Translations under genes and position numbers: made by a program
The notes under the pieces: model-generated
Database searches by the model: none
Told to the model about the DNA's origin: nothing
Seen by the model: the letters and a program-made list of their open reading frames with translations, nothing else
Shown: piece by piece, positions 37,545 to 47,302 of the stretch
Layout of the letters: each line of letters starts with the position of its first letter
Position numbering within the stretch: the first letter of the stretch is position 1
Source of the DNA: Eubacteriales bacterium
Lineage (GTDB): Bacteria; Bacillota; Clostridia; Oscillospirales; QAKW01
Direction: 5' to 3'
Length of the DNA stretch: 51,774 nucleotides
Assembly (NCBI GenBank): GCA_045546895.1
Contig: JAZQDS010000102.1
Span: forward strand, 1-51,774

Positions 37545-39926
37545 ATGAATAAAATGCTTGCCAAAATCAAGGGCGTTTTTTCTCGCCGAAAGGCAAAAAA
37601 GGAAGAGGGGGAAAAGAAGCCTCGCTTTTATGCAAAATGGCCGAAATGGCTGCGGAAATCAGTTTGGGCAGTATTGCTTACCGGTGTTTTGACCTGCTTT
37701 TTTGTGGGGCTGGTATTTGCATGGTATGCCTTTATCTATCTGGACGATGAATTCGATCTTTCGGCGGTAGACAGCGCTTTGAATTATACTTCCGTTGTTT
37801 ACGCGCAAAAGGATGGCGCTTATGTTGAGGCGGAAACGCTTCATACCAGCGAAAATCGGATCTGGGTTGATATCGAGGATATTCCCGATGAGCTGAAATG
37901 GGCAGTTATTTCTATTGAGGATGAGCGCTTTTATCAGCATAGCGGTGTAGATATCAAGCGAACGCTTCATGCGGTTTTGAATTTTCTCAATCCTTCCGGC
38001 GATACCTTCGGCGGCTCTACCATTACCCAGCAGGTGATTAAGAATATTACCGGCGATGATGAGCAGACGGTCGGTAGAAAAATTCAGGAAATCCGCCGCG
38101 CTTGGTATGTGGAGCGTGAATATAAAAAGGATCAGATTTTAGAGGTTTATCTGAATACCTTCTATCTTTCGCAGGGCTGCTACGGGGTTCAGACCGCGGC
38201 GGAGCATTATTTCAATAAATCGCTGGATGAGCTTACCATTTTGGAATGCGCAACTCTTGCATCCATTACCAAGCTGCCTACCTATTATGATCCTATTCAA
38301 AACCCTGAAAACAATCGCAAGCGTGCAGGGTATGTTATTGATAAAATGGAGGAGCTGGGGCGGATTACTCCCGAGGAGGCGGAAAAAGCCCGCAAGGAAA
38401 AGCTGAAGCTGCGGGTTGGCGAAAGTGATGGCGAGGCTTCCTCCGATGAGGTTAATAGCTATTTTGTTGATCAGGTAATCAACGATGTTATCAAAGCGCT
38501 GGTTCAGGATAAGGGCTATACCGAAGCCTATGCCCGTTCGCTGGTATATTCGGGCGGGATTCAGATCTATTCAACGATGGATCTGGATGTGCAAAAGGCA
38601 GTGGATAAATATTATTCCAATCCCTCCAATTTCCCCAAGATCAAATCTTCGAAGGGCGAGGCCCCTCAAAGCGCGATGGTGATTATCGATAATAAAACCG
38701 GCGCAGTTGTTGGCATGGCGGGCGGAATCGGCGAGAAAACAACCGCGCGCGGGCTGAACCGCGCAACCCAATCCTATCTCCAGCCCGGCTCCTGCATGAA
38801 GCCGATCGGCACCTATGGCCCCGCCATCGAATATGAAACTACCATCGAAGGGGTAAGAGTTGCCCCCGGAATGCTCCTTTTGGATAAGGGCGTTCGCCAA
38901 AAGGCCGATGGAAAATGGTGGCCTAAAAACTATGATGCTACTACCGAGAAGATGATGAGCGTTCAGGAAGGCTTGGATCGCTCAAAAAATACCATCGCGG
39001 TAAGAGTAAATAATGCGCTCGGCGCAAAAACCGCCTTTAATTTCCTGAAAAATAACTTGGGCGTTACCAGCTTGGTTTCCGGCTCCGGCTATGATGAAAA
39101 CGATCAGGCAATGGCGCTGGGCGGCCTTACCAAGGGAATCAATGTTTTGGAAATTACCGCCGCTTATTCGGCTTTCCCCAATGGCGGCACCTATACCAAG
39201 CCCTATACCTTTACCAAAGTATGCGATCAAAACGGGCGGATGATTTTGGAAAATCGGGTAGAATCCCATACTGCAATGAAGGAAAATACCGCTGCAGTCA
39301 TCAATCAGATGTTGCAGCATGCCGCCAATTTCGGTACCGGAACTACCGCTAAATTCAGCGGGACTGCTATCGCAGGCAAGACCGGCACCACCGATGACGA
39401 TAAGGATCGCTGGTTTGTTGGCTACACCGGTTATTATACCGCCGGAGTATGGTTTGGCTATGATACGCCCGCTACCGTTTATTACGGCGGCGCCAATCCC
39501 TCGGCAGTTACCTGGAAGAATATTATGCGGGAGGTCCATTCCGGCCTTTCCTATAAATCCTTTAAGGCACCTACCGGCTTTACCACCGCAGAGGTTTGCG
39601 CGGAAAGCGGCAAGCTCCCCAATGAACTTTGCGAAACGAAGGTGAGCGGCCAATACTTTGCCGATAGCTTGCCGAAGGATGTTTGCGATGTTTGCCCGCC
39701 CGAAGGAGAAGAGGGGGCAGATGGGGATAAAAAGCCCGCAGATGGGGATAAAAAGCCCGAGGCAGATAAGAAGCCGGAAGCGGATAAAAAGCCCGCAGAT
39801 ACCGAGCAGAAACCTCAGGAAAGCGAGCCCTCTGAGGAGAATAAAAAACCTGAGCAGGATCAGGGCGAGCAGCAAGAAAATCCGCCTACCCCTCCCGAAG
39901 AGGAGCAGGAAGAAGCAACCGAATAA
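37545..39926 (+). CDS. Class A penicillin-binding protein (PBP1A family)
   Basis: Transglycosylase motifs EDERFYQH, GGSTITQQ, RKIQE, KDQILEVYLN; transpeptidase SCMK, SKN, KTGT. Confidence 0.95.
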   Translation: MNKMLAKIKGVFSRRKAKKEEGEKKPRFYAKWPKWLRKSVWAVLLTGVLTCFFVGLVFAWYAFIYLDDEFDLSAVDSALNYTSVVYAQKDGAYVEAETLHTSENRIWVDIEDIPDELKWAVISIEDERFYQHSGVDIKRTLHAVLNFLNPSGDTFGGSTITQQVIKNITGDDEQTVGRKIQEIRRAWYVEREYKKDQILEVYLNTFYLSQGCYGVQTAAEHYFNKSLDELTILECATLASITKLPTYYDPIQNPENNRKRAGYVIDKMEELGRITPEEAEKARKEKLKLRVGESDGEASSDEVNSYFVDQVINDVIKALVQDKGYTEAYARSLVYSGGIQIYSTMDLDVQKAVDKYYSNPSNFPKIKSSKGEAPQSAMVIIDNKTGAVVGMAGGIGEKTTARGLNRATQSYLQPGSCMKPIGTYGPAIEYETTIEGVRVAPGMLLLDKGVRQKADGKWWPKNYDATTEKMMSVQEGLDRSKNTIAVRVNNALGAKTAFNFLKNNLGVTSLVSGSGYDENDQAMALGGLTKGINVLEITAAYSAFPNGGTYTKPYTFTKVCDQNGRMILENRVESHTAMKENTAAVINQMLQHAANFGTGTTAKFSGTAIAGKTGTTDDDKDRWFVGYTGYYTAGVWFGYDTPATVYYGGANPSAVTWKNIMREVHSGLSYKSFKAPTGFTTAEVCAESGKLPNELCETKVSGQYFADSLPKDVCDVCPPEGEEGADGDKKPADGDKKPEADKKPEADKKPADTEQKPQESEPSEENKKPEQDQGEQQENPPTPPEEEQEEATE
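39717..39794 (+). repeat. 21/18-bp tandem repeats encoding a (AD)GDKKP/EADKKP tail
   Basis: GCAGATGGGGATAAAAAGCCC twice, followed by degenerate units. Confidence 0.85.
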
Positions 39927-39965
39927 AAATCCCGCAGCAGGAAATTTTCTGCTGCGGGATTTTTT
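39925..39965. terminator. Bidirectional terminator
   Basis: AAAAATCCCGCAGCAG-GAAATTTT-CTGCTGCGGGATTTTT. Confidence 0.88.
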
Positions 39966-40016
39966 GCAAACAAAAAAGAGGATCTGATGATCCTCTTTAA
40001 AGCGTTGCATATCGAA

Positions 40017-40205
40017 TTAAACAGCTCTCTGAACCTTGCCGGAACGGAGGCATCTGGAGCAAACATAAACACGCTTCGGCGTGCCGTCTACAACCGCTTT
40101 GATACGCTTAACATTGGGCTTGAACGCCTTATTGCTGCGACGATGAGAATGGGATACCTTAATACCAAAGGAAACACCCTTGCCGCATACTTCACATTTT
40201 GCCAT
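40017..40205 (-). CDS. rpmB: 50S ribosomal protein L28
   Basis: MAKCEVCGKGVSFGIKVSHSHRRSNK..KPNV...VCSRCLRSG; AAGGAGGTG RBS. Confidence 0.97.
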   Translation of the reverse strand: MAKCEVCGKGVSFGIKVSHSHRRSNKAFKPNVKRIKAVVDGTPKRVYVCSRCLRSGKVQRAV

Positions 40206-40358
40206 GATGAACACCTCCTTGTTTACGCAAACATTATTGTAACATAGCGAATTCGGAAATGCAAGAGTTTTTTTTATAAAAAATCAAACATTTTATTTGA
40301 AACCGAAGGGATTGTCTGCTATAATAGAAATATATATCGTTATAAAGGAGGGTTTTGC

Positions 40359-41288
40359 TTGTCGGATACGCAAAAATTAACCCTTGGCGACCTGATCCAT
40401 AAGATGGAGCTGGAAGCCGTTTATATGCCCGCGGGCGGGATGGAAACAGAAATTACCTCTACCGATATCAATCGCCCCGCTCTGCAGCTGGTTGGCTTCT
40501 TTGATTATTTTGATGAAAGCCGTATTCAGGTTTTGGGCAAGGTAGAGCATACATATCTGGATCATTTCGATGCCAACCGCCGCCGCAGGATTTTTGAGCG
40601 GTTGTTTGAATTTCGCTTTCCTGCGCTGGTAATTACCCGCGGCCTTTCGGGCTATCCGGAATTGATCGAGGTGGCGGAAAAATATAAGGTGCCGCTGCTG
40701 AAAACCAATATGCACACCGCGCAATTTATCAGCAGCGCGATCTTCCTTTTAAATGATCGCCTCGGCCCTCAGATAACAACCCACGGCGTTTTGGTCGAGG
40801 TTTACGGCGAAGGTATTTTGCTGACGGGCGAAAGCGGCGTTGGTAAGAGCGAAACAGCGATCGAGCTTGTGAAGCGCGGGCATCGCCTGATTGCGGATGA
40901 TGCGGTTGTAATTAAGCGGGTAACCTCCACCACCCTGAAGGGCACCTCGCCGACCAATATTCAGCATTTTATTGAGCTGCGCGGCATCGGAATTATCAAT
41001 GTGCGCAGGATTTTCGGTATCGGCGCCGTTAAAGAGGATGCTTATATCGATATGGAGATCCATTTGGAAAATTGGGATCAGAATAAGGTTTATGACCGTC
41101 TGGGGATGGATACCTATTATAATAGTATTTTGGGCGTGGATGTGCCCTCCCTTACCATCCCTGTTAAGCCGGGCCGAAATCTGGCCATTATTATTGAGGT
41201 CGCGGCGATGAACAACCGCCAGAAGCGCCTCGGTTATAATGCAGCAGAAGAATTAAATAAAATCATTTTAGGAACATCGGAGGAATAA
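40359..41288 (+). CDS. hprK: HPr kinase/phosphorylase
   Basis: DINRPAL, HGVLVEVYG, GESGVGKSE, LIADD, ELRGIGII, PGRNLA. Confidence 0.97.
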   Translation: MSDTQKLTLGDLIHKMELEAVYMPAGGMETEITSTDINRPALQLVGFFDYFDESRIQVLGKVEHTYLDHFDANRRRRIFERLFEFRFPALVITRGLSGYPELIEVAEKYKVPLLKTNMHTAQFISSAIFLLNDRLGPQITTHGVLVEVYGEGILLTGESGVGKSETAIELVKRGHRLIADDAVVIKRVTSTTLKGTSPTNIQHFIELRGIGIINVRRIFGIGAVKEDAYIDMEIHLENWDQNKVYDRLGMDTYYNSILGVDVPSLTIPVKPGRNLAIIIEVAAMNNRQKRLGYNAAEELNKIILGTSEE

Positions 41289-41292
41289 GCTT

Positions 41293-42240
41293 ATGTATTA
41301 TGTTGGAATTGATCTGGGCGGTACCAATATCGCCGCAGGCGTTGTGAATGAAAAGATGGAGCTGGTTTATAAAACCAGTATCCCTACCGAAGCCCAAAGC
41401 AGCACTGAGAATATCGTTGCGCGGATGGCGGAGGCTGCCAAGGCAGCTATCAGCGGTGCCAAGATCTCTTTGGATGAGGTGAAGAGCATCGGCATCGGTT
41501 CGCCCGGCGCGATCGATCCCGAAAAGGGCGTTGTTGTTCGCGCCGCCAATCTGGGCTTTATCAATACTCCGCTGGCCGATCTGATGAAGGCATATTTCCC
41601 CGATAAGGATGTGTTTGTTGAAAACGATGCCAATGTTGCGGCTTGGGCCGAGGCAAAATGCGGCGCTGCGGCGGGAACAACCGATAGCGTTACCATTACC
41701 CTGGGGACCGGCGTTGGCGGCGGTATGATCCTGAACGGCAAGCTTTACAGCGGCTTTAACCATGCGGGCGCGGAAATGGGCCATATCGTTATTAATGAGG
41801 GCGGCAGAATGTGCAGCTGCGGCAGAGCCGGCTGCTGGGAGGCTTATGCTTCCGTTACCGGCCTGATTGCAACCACCAAGGAATATATGGAGAAAAATCC
41901 TGATTCATTGATGTGGAAGATCGCGGGCAGTCTGGATAAGGTAAATGGTCTTACTTCCTTTGATGCGATGCGGAAGGGGGATGCAGTGGCGAAAGAGGTT
42001 GTTGGGAAATATCTGGATTCCGTTGCTTGCGGTATTGTTGATATCCTCAATATTTTGCAGCCTCAGGTGCTTTGCATCGGCGGCGGTATTTCCAAGGAGG
42101 GCGATTACCTTCTGAAGCCCATTCAGGCTTATGTGGATCGCGAAATGTTTGCGCGGATGAACGAAACCAAAACAGAATTGAGAATTGCCAAATTGGGCAA
42201 CGACGCCGGTATTCTCGGCGCCGCATTGCTGGGCGTTTGA
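41293..42240 (+). CDS. ROK family glucokinase
   Basis: GIDLGGT, ENDAN, TLGTGVGGG, EMGH, CSCGRAGCWE, GNDAG. Confidence 0.92.
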   Translation: MYYVGIDLGGTNIAAGVVNEKMELVYKTSIPTEAQSSTENIVARMAEAAKAAISGAKISLDEVKSIGIGSPGAIDPEKGVVVRAANLGFINTPLADLMKAYFPDKDVFVENDANVAAWAEAKCGAAAGTTDSVTITLGTGVGGGMILNGKLYSGFNHAGAEMGHIVINEGGRMCSCGRAGCWEAYASVTGLIATTKEYMEKNPDSLMWKIAGSLDKVNGLTSFDAMRKGDAVAKEVVGKYLDSVACGIVDILNILQPQVLCIGGGISKEGDYLLKPIQAYVDREMFARMNETKTELRIAKLGNDAGILGAALLGV

Positions 42241-42246
42241 TTTTTA

Positions 42247-42289
42247 AATGCGGTCGGCATTTCAAAGAATGCCGACCGCATTCTTTTTT
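42247..42289 (+). terminator. Intrinsic terminator
   Basis: AATGCGGTCGGCATT-TCAAAG-AATGCCGACCGCATT followed by CTTTTTT. Confidence 0.88.
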
Positions 42290-42310
42290 AGGGCATTTTT
42301 AAAATTTCCC

Positions 42311-42339
42311 TTGACAATCCATTTGAAAATGATTATAAT
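42311..42339 (+). promoter_or_regulatory. Consensus sigma-A promoter of tRNA-Trp
   Basis: TTGACA, 17-nt spacer, TATAAT. Confidence 0.88.
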
Positions 42340-42363
42340 AAGCAAGTGACTTGAAAAGAATAT

Positions 42364-42439
42364 AGGGGTATAGCTCAGCTGGTAGAGCAGCGGTCTCCAA
42401 AACCGCGTGTCGTGGGTTCGATTCCTACTGCCCCTGCCA
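42364..42439 (+). tRNA. tRNA-Trp(CCA)
   Basis: AGGGGTA/TGCCCCT acceptor stem, G73 and CCA. Anticodon arm GCGGT-CTCCAAA-ACCGC. Confidence 0.97.
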
Positions 42440-42479
42440 CAGCGGAGTTGCACTGCAACTCCGCTGAGTATATTTTTAT

Positions 42480-42553
42480 ACCGTATTAGCTCAGCTGGAT
42501 AGAGCACTCGCCTACTAAGCGAGAAGTCGTGGGTTCGAATCCCACATACGCTA
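42480..42553 (+). tRNA. Arg-like tRNA with anomalous ACT anticodon (possible pseudo-tRNA or att site)
   Basis: D arm GCTC-AGCTGGATA-GAGC; anticodon arm CTCGC-CTACTAA-GCGAG; T arm GTGGG-TTCGAAT-CCCAC. Acceptor ACCGTAT/ATACGCT has a C2:C71 mismatch. No encoded CCA; short variable loop. Confidence 0.75.
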
Positions 42554-42652
42554 CTTACATCATATGATGATAATATAAGAAACGGCTTAAACCCAATGTT
42601 TAAGCCGTTTTTCTTATGCCTATTTGATCGCGGCGCGCGGGCTTTTTTGTGC

Positions 42653-42741
42653 ATTGATGCTCTGAAATGAGCATCAATCTTGCTGTTTCGTGCTAACAAA
42701 TCCAAGGATTCCGTACCGTACAGCATCAATATAGCATCAAT
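42653..42741. repeat. GCATCAAT motif x4 (one inverted), candidate integrase arm-type sites
   Basis: ATTGATGC at 42653; GCATCAAT at 42671, 42723 and 42734. Confidence 0.65.
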
Positions 42742-42749
42742 CTTTTGGA

Positions 42750-43391
42750 TTATTTTTTTATTTCTTTCATGGACTTTTTAAGGTCGTTTATAAAGAATGA
42801 AAGTAGATTGCCTTTTTTTGTTCTTTTTAGTCCAAGATCTTTTCTCATTTCATTCATGATGCTTTCCATGACAAACATATTTTCTCGAGCAGTCTTTGGA
42901 TCAGCTCCGTTTTCTCTGAATTTGACCCATTTTTTCACAACTTTCTTAGAACCCCACAAAGTTATATCTTTAGAGAACCTTAATAGATCACTTATCATCT
43001 CTTCTTGGGTGTAGAAATTTGGATTTTTTGAGTTCTGTTGGATTTTATATACCATATCAACGAATTCGCCATAAGGTTTTTCACGCTTTTGTGCCAAATA
43101 TTCTTCTCTATTCTTTTTATAATCAATGATTTTTGAAACAACTGAACTAATGATCACACCGATAAGTGAAACGGTTGCTGTAATTAATGCAACTATTATG
43201 ACGGCATCTAATTTAGAGGCTAAAGAAGATAGCCAACCAACAAATCCCACCACACCTATGTATACCCAATAACAGAGTTGGAAAAAGAGATATCCGGCTA
43301 ATCCTGTAAGACCAAGAAAGAGAGCGACGCCAATAAGCATATTCAATTTGGGGTGCTTTTCACTAAATGGGCGAGGGTCTTTTTTATCCAT
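42750..43391 (-). CDS. Hypothetical membrane protein (element cargo)
   Basis: 213-aa AT-rich ORF with an AAGGA RBS; N-terminal hydrophobic segments and a helical C-terminus. Confidence 0.75.
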   Translation of the reverse strand: MDKKDPRPFSEKHPKLNMLIGVALFLGLTGLAGYLFFQLCYWVYIGVVGFVGWLSSLASKLDAVIIVALITATVSLIGVIISSVVSKIIDYKKNREEYLAQKREKPYGEFVDMVYKIQQNSKNPNFYTQEEMISDLLRFSKDITLWGSKKVVKKWVKFRENGADPKTARENMFVMESIMNEMRKDLGLKRTKKGNLLSFFINDLKKSMKEIKK

Positions 43392-43480
43392 AAGAACACA
43401 TCCTTGTTATTTTGTTAATGCTATTATACAACATTGATATGTTTTTGACAACTTAATTACTATAAGTTCTTCAAGGTGAT

Positions 43481-44050
43481 TTATTTGCTAAAGAGAAATG
43501 TTGCTAAAGTACCTAATACCCCTAATAAGAATGACATTCCGTAACCAATCATATTAGATAATATATTATCAAATATTGTTTTAAATATGTTGGCAATGGG
43601 TGTTTTTTGTAAAATCAGAGTTTTAAAGCCTTGCTCTGTTTTTTTGGAAAGGTTTGGAGAAATACAGTTAATGAGAATGGTAGTAGATTCTGTTAATTCC
43701 TTAAGGTGTTTGTCATCTTCTAATATAAGTTTTATGCGTGTGGATTGTTGTGCCGCTATATTAAGAAACATCTTTAAATAACGTTTTTTCTGGCATGAGA
43801 AAAGAAGTTGATGTTCCAATGTTGATAGACATTCATTTAATGAATTTAGAAATCCACTTTCGATAGTTTCTATGATTTTGGGAATTACAAACTTTTCATA
43901 ATTTCCCACACCGCTGACTTTGTGTTGTTGCGGAGCAATTAATAAGAATCTGCGACACTTAATAGAGTCTTCTTGTAATTGTTTTTCTAACTTGGTTTTG
44001 ATACTTTTAAATAATTGTCTGTTAGTCATTGATAGTTCCTCTTTCTTCAC
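43481..44050 (-). CDS. Hypothetical protein with a C-terminal TM (element cargo)
   Basis: 189-aa AT-rich ORF whose GTG overlaps the integrase stop (GTGA). Alternative ATG at 44029. Confidence 0.65.
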   Translation of the reverse strand: MKKEELSMTNRQLFKSIKTKLEKQLQEDSIKCRRFLLIAPQQHKVSGVGNYEKFVIPKIIETIESGFLNSLNECLSTLEHQLLFSCQKKRYLKMFLNIAAQQSTRIKLILEDDKHLKELTESTTILINCISPNLSKKTEQGFKTLILQKTPIANIFKTIFDNILSNMIGYGMSFLLGVLGTLATFLFSK

Positions 44051-45261
44051 ATTTCAAACTCATCTGTAATCCCATTCAGTCTTGTCGTATCCTTTTTCAC
44101 ATAATACATCTCGGTAATCTGTGACGTGCTATGCCCGAGCAGGTCGGCGACTTGCTTGGGGGATAGTGCTTTGATCGTGCCGTCCGCTTGTTTGATGCCG
44201 TTGACAAGGTTAGTGGCAAAGGTGTGGCGGAGAGCGTGCAGACCTTTCTTCTCAATCCCTGCAGCATCGAGGATGCGGTAGAAGCGTTTGCGGAAGTTGA
44301 CGGGGCGTGTGTAACCGCCCTTCTCGTCGCACACAAGGGGGCTATTTTCGCCGAAATAGAACTCTTTGCGTAGTTCCTTTATCATCTCAATAGTGGTGTT
44401 ATTAAGGGGAACATCGCGCTTGCTGGATACGCTCTTAAGCTTGCCAACCGATACCTCTCTGCCGGACTCAGCATTGACACCGTCACGCCGTGCAATCTCT
44501 TTGACACCGCGTTGCAGATGCATTACGCGATTTTCAAGATCGATGTCGCTGTTGAGCAGTCCAAGCATTTCGCCGGTGCGAAGTCCGGTGTTCAGCATCA
44601 GAATATACGCCGCTGCTTGCTGATACAATCGCTTGCCGGTCTTCCAGCATCTGAAACATTCCTTTTTGAATGTCTCAATCTCCTCGGGAGTGAATACCGT
44701 GACGGTTTCATTCGTGGGGAGACTTTCTTTTCCCTGCGCCGCCATAAAGTTTGCTTTCTTGATCATCGGCGCACTCTGCATAGGATTCTTTTGGATGATC
44801 TCCTGCTCGGTCAGATAACGGAAGTATTCATTCAGCAGGTTGTGGATCTTTTTTACAGTGGTGTAGGCGTACCCTTTATCCATACGGTCATTGAGGATCC
44901 TTTTGATGTCCGCTGATTTGATGGTGGATATAACTCGGTCGCCAAGTTCGGGGTAGATATGATTTTTGGCTGTACATTCAAGTCTATCGTAGGTGGTGCG
45001 CTCAACAGAGGGATACTTGAACACCTCAAGCCAACTTTGCATGCTGACGAATAGCACTTTCTTACTCTCATCCGATTCCTCAACCATTTTTTCAAAGTTG
45101 GCGATGTATTCGGTCATCTTTTTGTTGACCTCTTGTTTCGTTGTGCCGGAGAATGATTTGCGCTTACGCTCACCGCTCTCATCCATATACCAAACCACAC
45201 CGCCCCATCTTCCGTCGGTGCGCTTGAACGCATTACCATTGGTTAGTAGTTTCTTTGGCAT
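44047..45261 (-). CDS. Tyrosine recombinase/integrase of the IME
   Basis: KRTDGRW arm-binding N-terminus; TGLRTGE, HALRHTFAT, LLGH..TEMYY catalytic motifs; AAAGGAG RBS. Confidence 0.95.
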   Translation of the reverse strand: MPKKLLTNGNAFKRTDGRWGGVVWYMDESGERKRKSFSGTTKQEVNKKMTEYIANFEKMVEESDESKKVLFVSMQSWLEVFKYPSVERTTYDRLECTAKNHIYPELGDRVISTIKSADIKRILNDRMDKGYAYTTVKKIHNLLNEYFRYLTEQEIIQKNPMQSAPMIKKANFMAAQGKESLPTNETVTVFTPEEIETFKKECFRCWKTGKRLYQQAAAYILMLNTGLRTGEMLGLLNSDIDLENRVMHLQRGVKEIARRDGVNAESGREVSVGKLKSVSSKRDVPLNNTTIEMIKELRKEFYFGENSPLVCDEKGGYTRPVNFRKRFYRILDAAGIEKKGLHALRHTFATNLVNGIKQADGTIKALSPKQVADLLGHSTSQITEMYYVKKDTTRLNGITDEFEM

Positions 45262-45322
45262 ATTCTCGCTCCTTTCTTCAGCACAACACAATACCACAAC
45301 TCGTTTTAAATATCCAGCGTTT

Positions 45323-46654
45323 TTACAGATTCATTGTCGGCTCATTGTAATCGTAAGCTACACCTTTTTCAGTTTTAATACCGTGCGCCGCCTTCTTTGC
45401 TTCGATGGCGGACATCAACTTTCTGTCGATCTGCTTGCCAAGTCGGTTTGCGTGACGGTTATAATTGTTTTGGAATAATTTTAGGAAGGCACGGAACACA
45501 TTCGTAAACAGAAATCCGACCTTTTGCTCAGTGGAGTATCCTTGATTCACGAGATAGGTATCCATCTGCATCGCCGCCCTGATGATGTCGTTCTTCAGAC
45601 TGCGGAACTCTTTATTATCTTCCAGAGGAATATCCGGCTCTTTCTTTTCGTAATACAGGGACAGCTTCTCCTGATTGATTTTATTCCACTCGGCATAGAG
45701 TTCAGCCACATCCTCGTCTTTTGCAAACTCGGTAACGATTTTATTCACCGTTTCCTTGATCTTTTTCGGCAGATAACCATATACCTTTTTGCCTGAATGA
45801 TTTTTAAGCTGCTGTCGGAGTGCTTCAAATAAATATTGCATCTCCCAGCTCACTGGATACATGGAGAAAGCATCCTCCAACAGATCCTTGACTCGTTCTT
45901 TGACCAAGTCACGTTGCTGTGTTTCCATTTGGAACAGTTTATACTGTTCGTTACGAAAAATATCGTTTGCGAACAGTCGGCGCATATCCTCAATGGTTTT
46001 CTTGGTGATCCAACCTTGTTTGCCGTCTTTGGAGTATACCACCAAGTGAATGTGTGGATGATGATCCTTATTGTGAAAGCCGGCGTACCATTGCAGGTTG
46101 GAGAGACTGATGTTGTGCGCTTCGGCAATTTCAGCAACGTTGCGCCGTACTAAATCCTTCCACGCCTGTGCATTGTTGTAGCCGAGTCGTTCTGCATCCT
46201 CTCGGCGCAGACTGAGAATGTGTGTGAAGACGATTCCGTTATGAGCGTTGACTTCCTCAGCGACCTCATCCAAGTCTATCTTGTCATCGGTCTGAGTGAA
46301 CAGACCGTGAGTGCCGATCTTCTCAACGCCGGGGCGCTCCGCGATATACGAAACCAATTTATCGAGGCGGCGGACATCGTCACGCTCTATGACCGCATTT
46401 ATAAAATTGGTTGCGTTAGATTTTGTGGAGTCGGTTTCGTAATTTTGATACTCCACATACTCACGGCTGTGCGGAAACGATTTTACAATATCAGCGATGA
46501 GGCGCTGTTGCCGGACGGTTGACGGTGAGTGGTCAATCCCTATCGGTAATTTTTCAACGCTCTCGCGCGTTCCGATATACCGAAGGAGTCTCCCCGTGTT
46601 AGCTCTCGCCGGATTTTTATAATAGTTGCAAGTGAAAAATATCTTTGCCATCAC
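45323..46654 (-). CDS. Relaxase, MobP3/MobL-like
   Basis: RYIGTRESVEK, YIAERPGVEKIGTHGLF, ILSLRREDAERLGY, WYAGFHNKDHHPHIH (HUH motif). Confidence 0.88.
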   Translation of the reverse strand: MMAKIFFTCNYYKNPARANTGRLLRYIGTRESVEKLPIGIDHSPSTVRQQRLIADIVKSFPHSREYVEYQNYETDSTKSNATNFINAVIERDDVRRLDKLVSYIAERPGVEKIGTHGLFTQTDDKIDLDEVAEEVNAHNGIVFTHILSLRREDAERLGYNNAQAWKDLVRRNVAEIAEAHNISLSNLQWYAGFHNKDHHPHIHLVVYSKDGKQGWITKKTIEDMRRLFANDIFRNEQYKLFQMETQQRDLVKERVKDLLEDAFSMYPVSWEMQYLFEALRQQLKNHSGKKVYGYLPKKIKETVNKIVTEFAKDEDVAELYAEWNKINQEKLSLYYEKKEPDIPLEDNKEFRSLKNDIIRAAMQMDTYLVNQGYSTEQKVGFLFTNVFRAFLKLFQNNYNRHANRLGKQIDRKLMSAIEAKKAAHGIKTEKGVAYDYNEPTMNL

Positions 46655-47064
46655 TCATCACCGTCCTCGCTGTGCTGATAACGATAGGCATTTTCAAACG
46701 GAATGATGCCGTTGTTGGAAGCAACATCGCGGCAGCATCTATCGTTCAGATCGATTAGATCTTCTTCGCCGATTCTGAGGCCGAGGGATAATAAATGATT
46801 TTGTTTTGCGACCTCAACCGCCAACTTGAAAATAATTTCAGACAGGTTTCGCTCGATATCCGCCATCTGACTTTTCAGTATAGATGATAGGATCGGCGCG
46901 ATATAATCGATATTCTTTTCGTTGCGCAGATAGCCGATATAGAAATCAATCGCTTTATTGATAAAATCATTTTTGGATTTTGCATACCCATTATCTACAT
47001 ACGCATCAATCTCTGCGTTTTGCTCCGACGGAATATACACCGGAAACCTATATTTTTCAGGCAT
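46651..47064 (-). CDS. Ribbon-helix-helix relaxosome accessory-like protein
   Basis: AAAGGAG RBS; YRFPVYI...SKNDFINKAIDFYIGYL; overlaps the relaxase start. Confidence 0.7.
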   Translation of the reverse strand: MPEKYRFPVYIPSEQNAEIDAYVDNGYAKSKNDFINKAIDFYIGYLRNEKNIDYIAPILSSILKSQMADIERNLSEIIFKLAVEVAKQNHLLSLGLRIGEEDLIDLNDRCCRDVASNNGIIPFENAYRYQHSEDGDE

Positions 47065-47300
47065 TTTTATCTCCTTTCTGCAAGACCCCATAAATAAAGC
47101 CCTGATATTTTCGTAAAAGTCACAAACGGTCGGCTCTGCCGTCCGATGTAATAGGTGCGTAAGATGCTGCACTTTAACCTGCTTATCGTAATGACGATAA
47201 TTTTTCCGAAAAATCGTTGTAAAACCCTTTGGAAAGGGTTTTAATTGTTCCTTTATTATAGTTACTTGTTACCTTTTCACGCCGTGATAAGACTCTTTGT
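47065..47300. other. Candidate oriT/replication origin region
   Basis: Non-coding gap between rep and RHH-relaxase with inverted repeats TTATCGT-AATG-ACGATAA and AAAACCCTTT-GG-AAAGGGTTTT. Confidence 0.5.
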
Positions 47301-47302
47301 CA

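Noticed and set aside
42262..42729. 155-aa minus-strand ORF
   Set aside because: Antisense to two tRNA genes; spurious.
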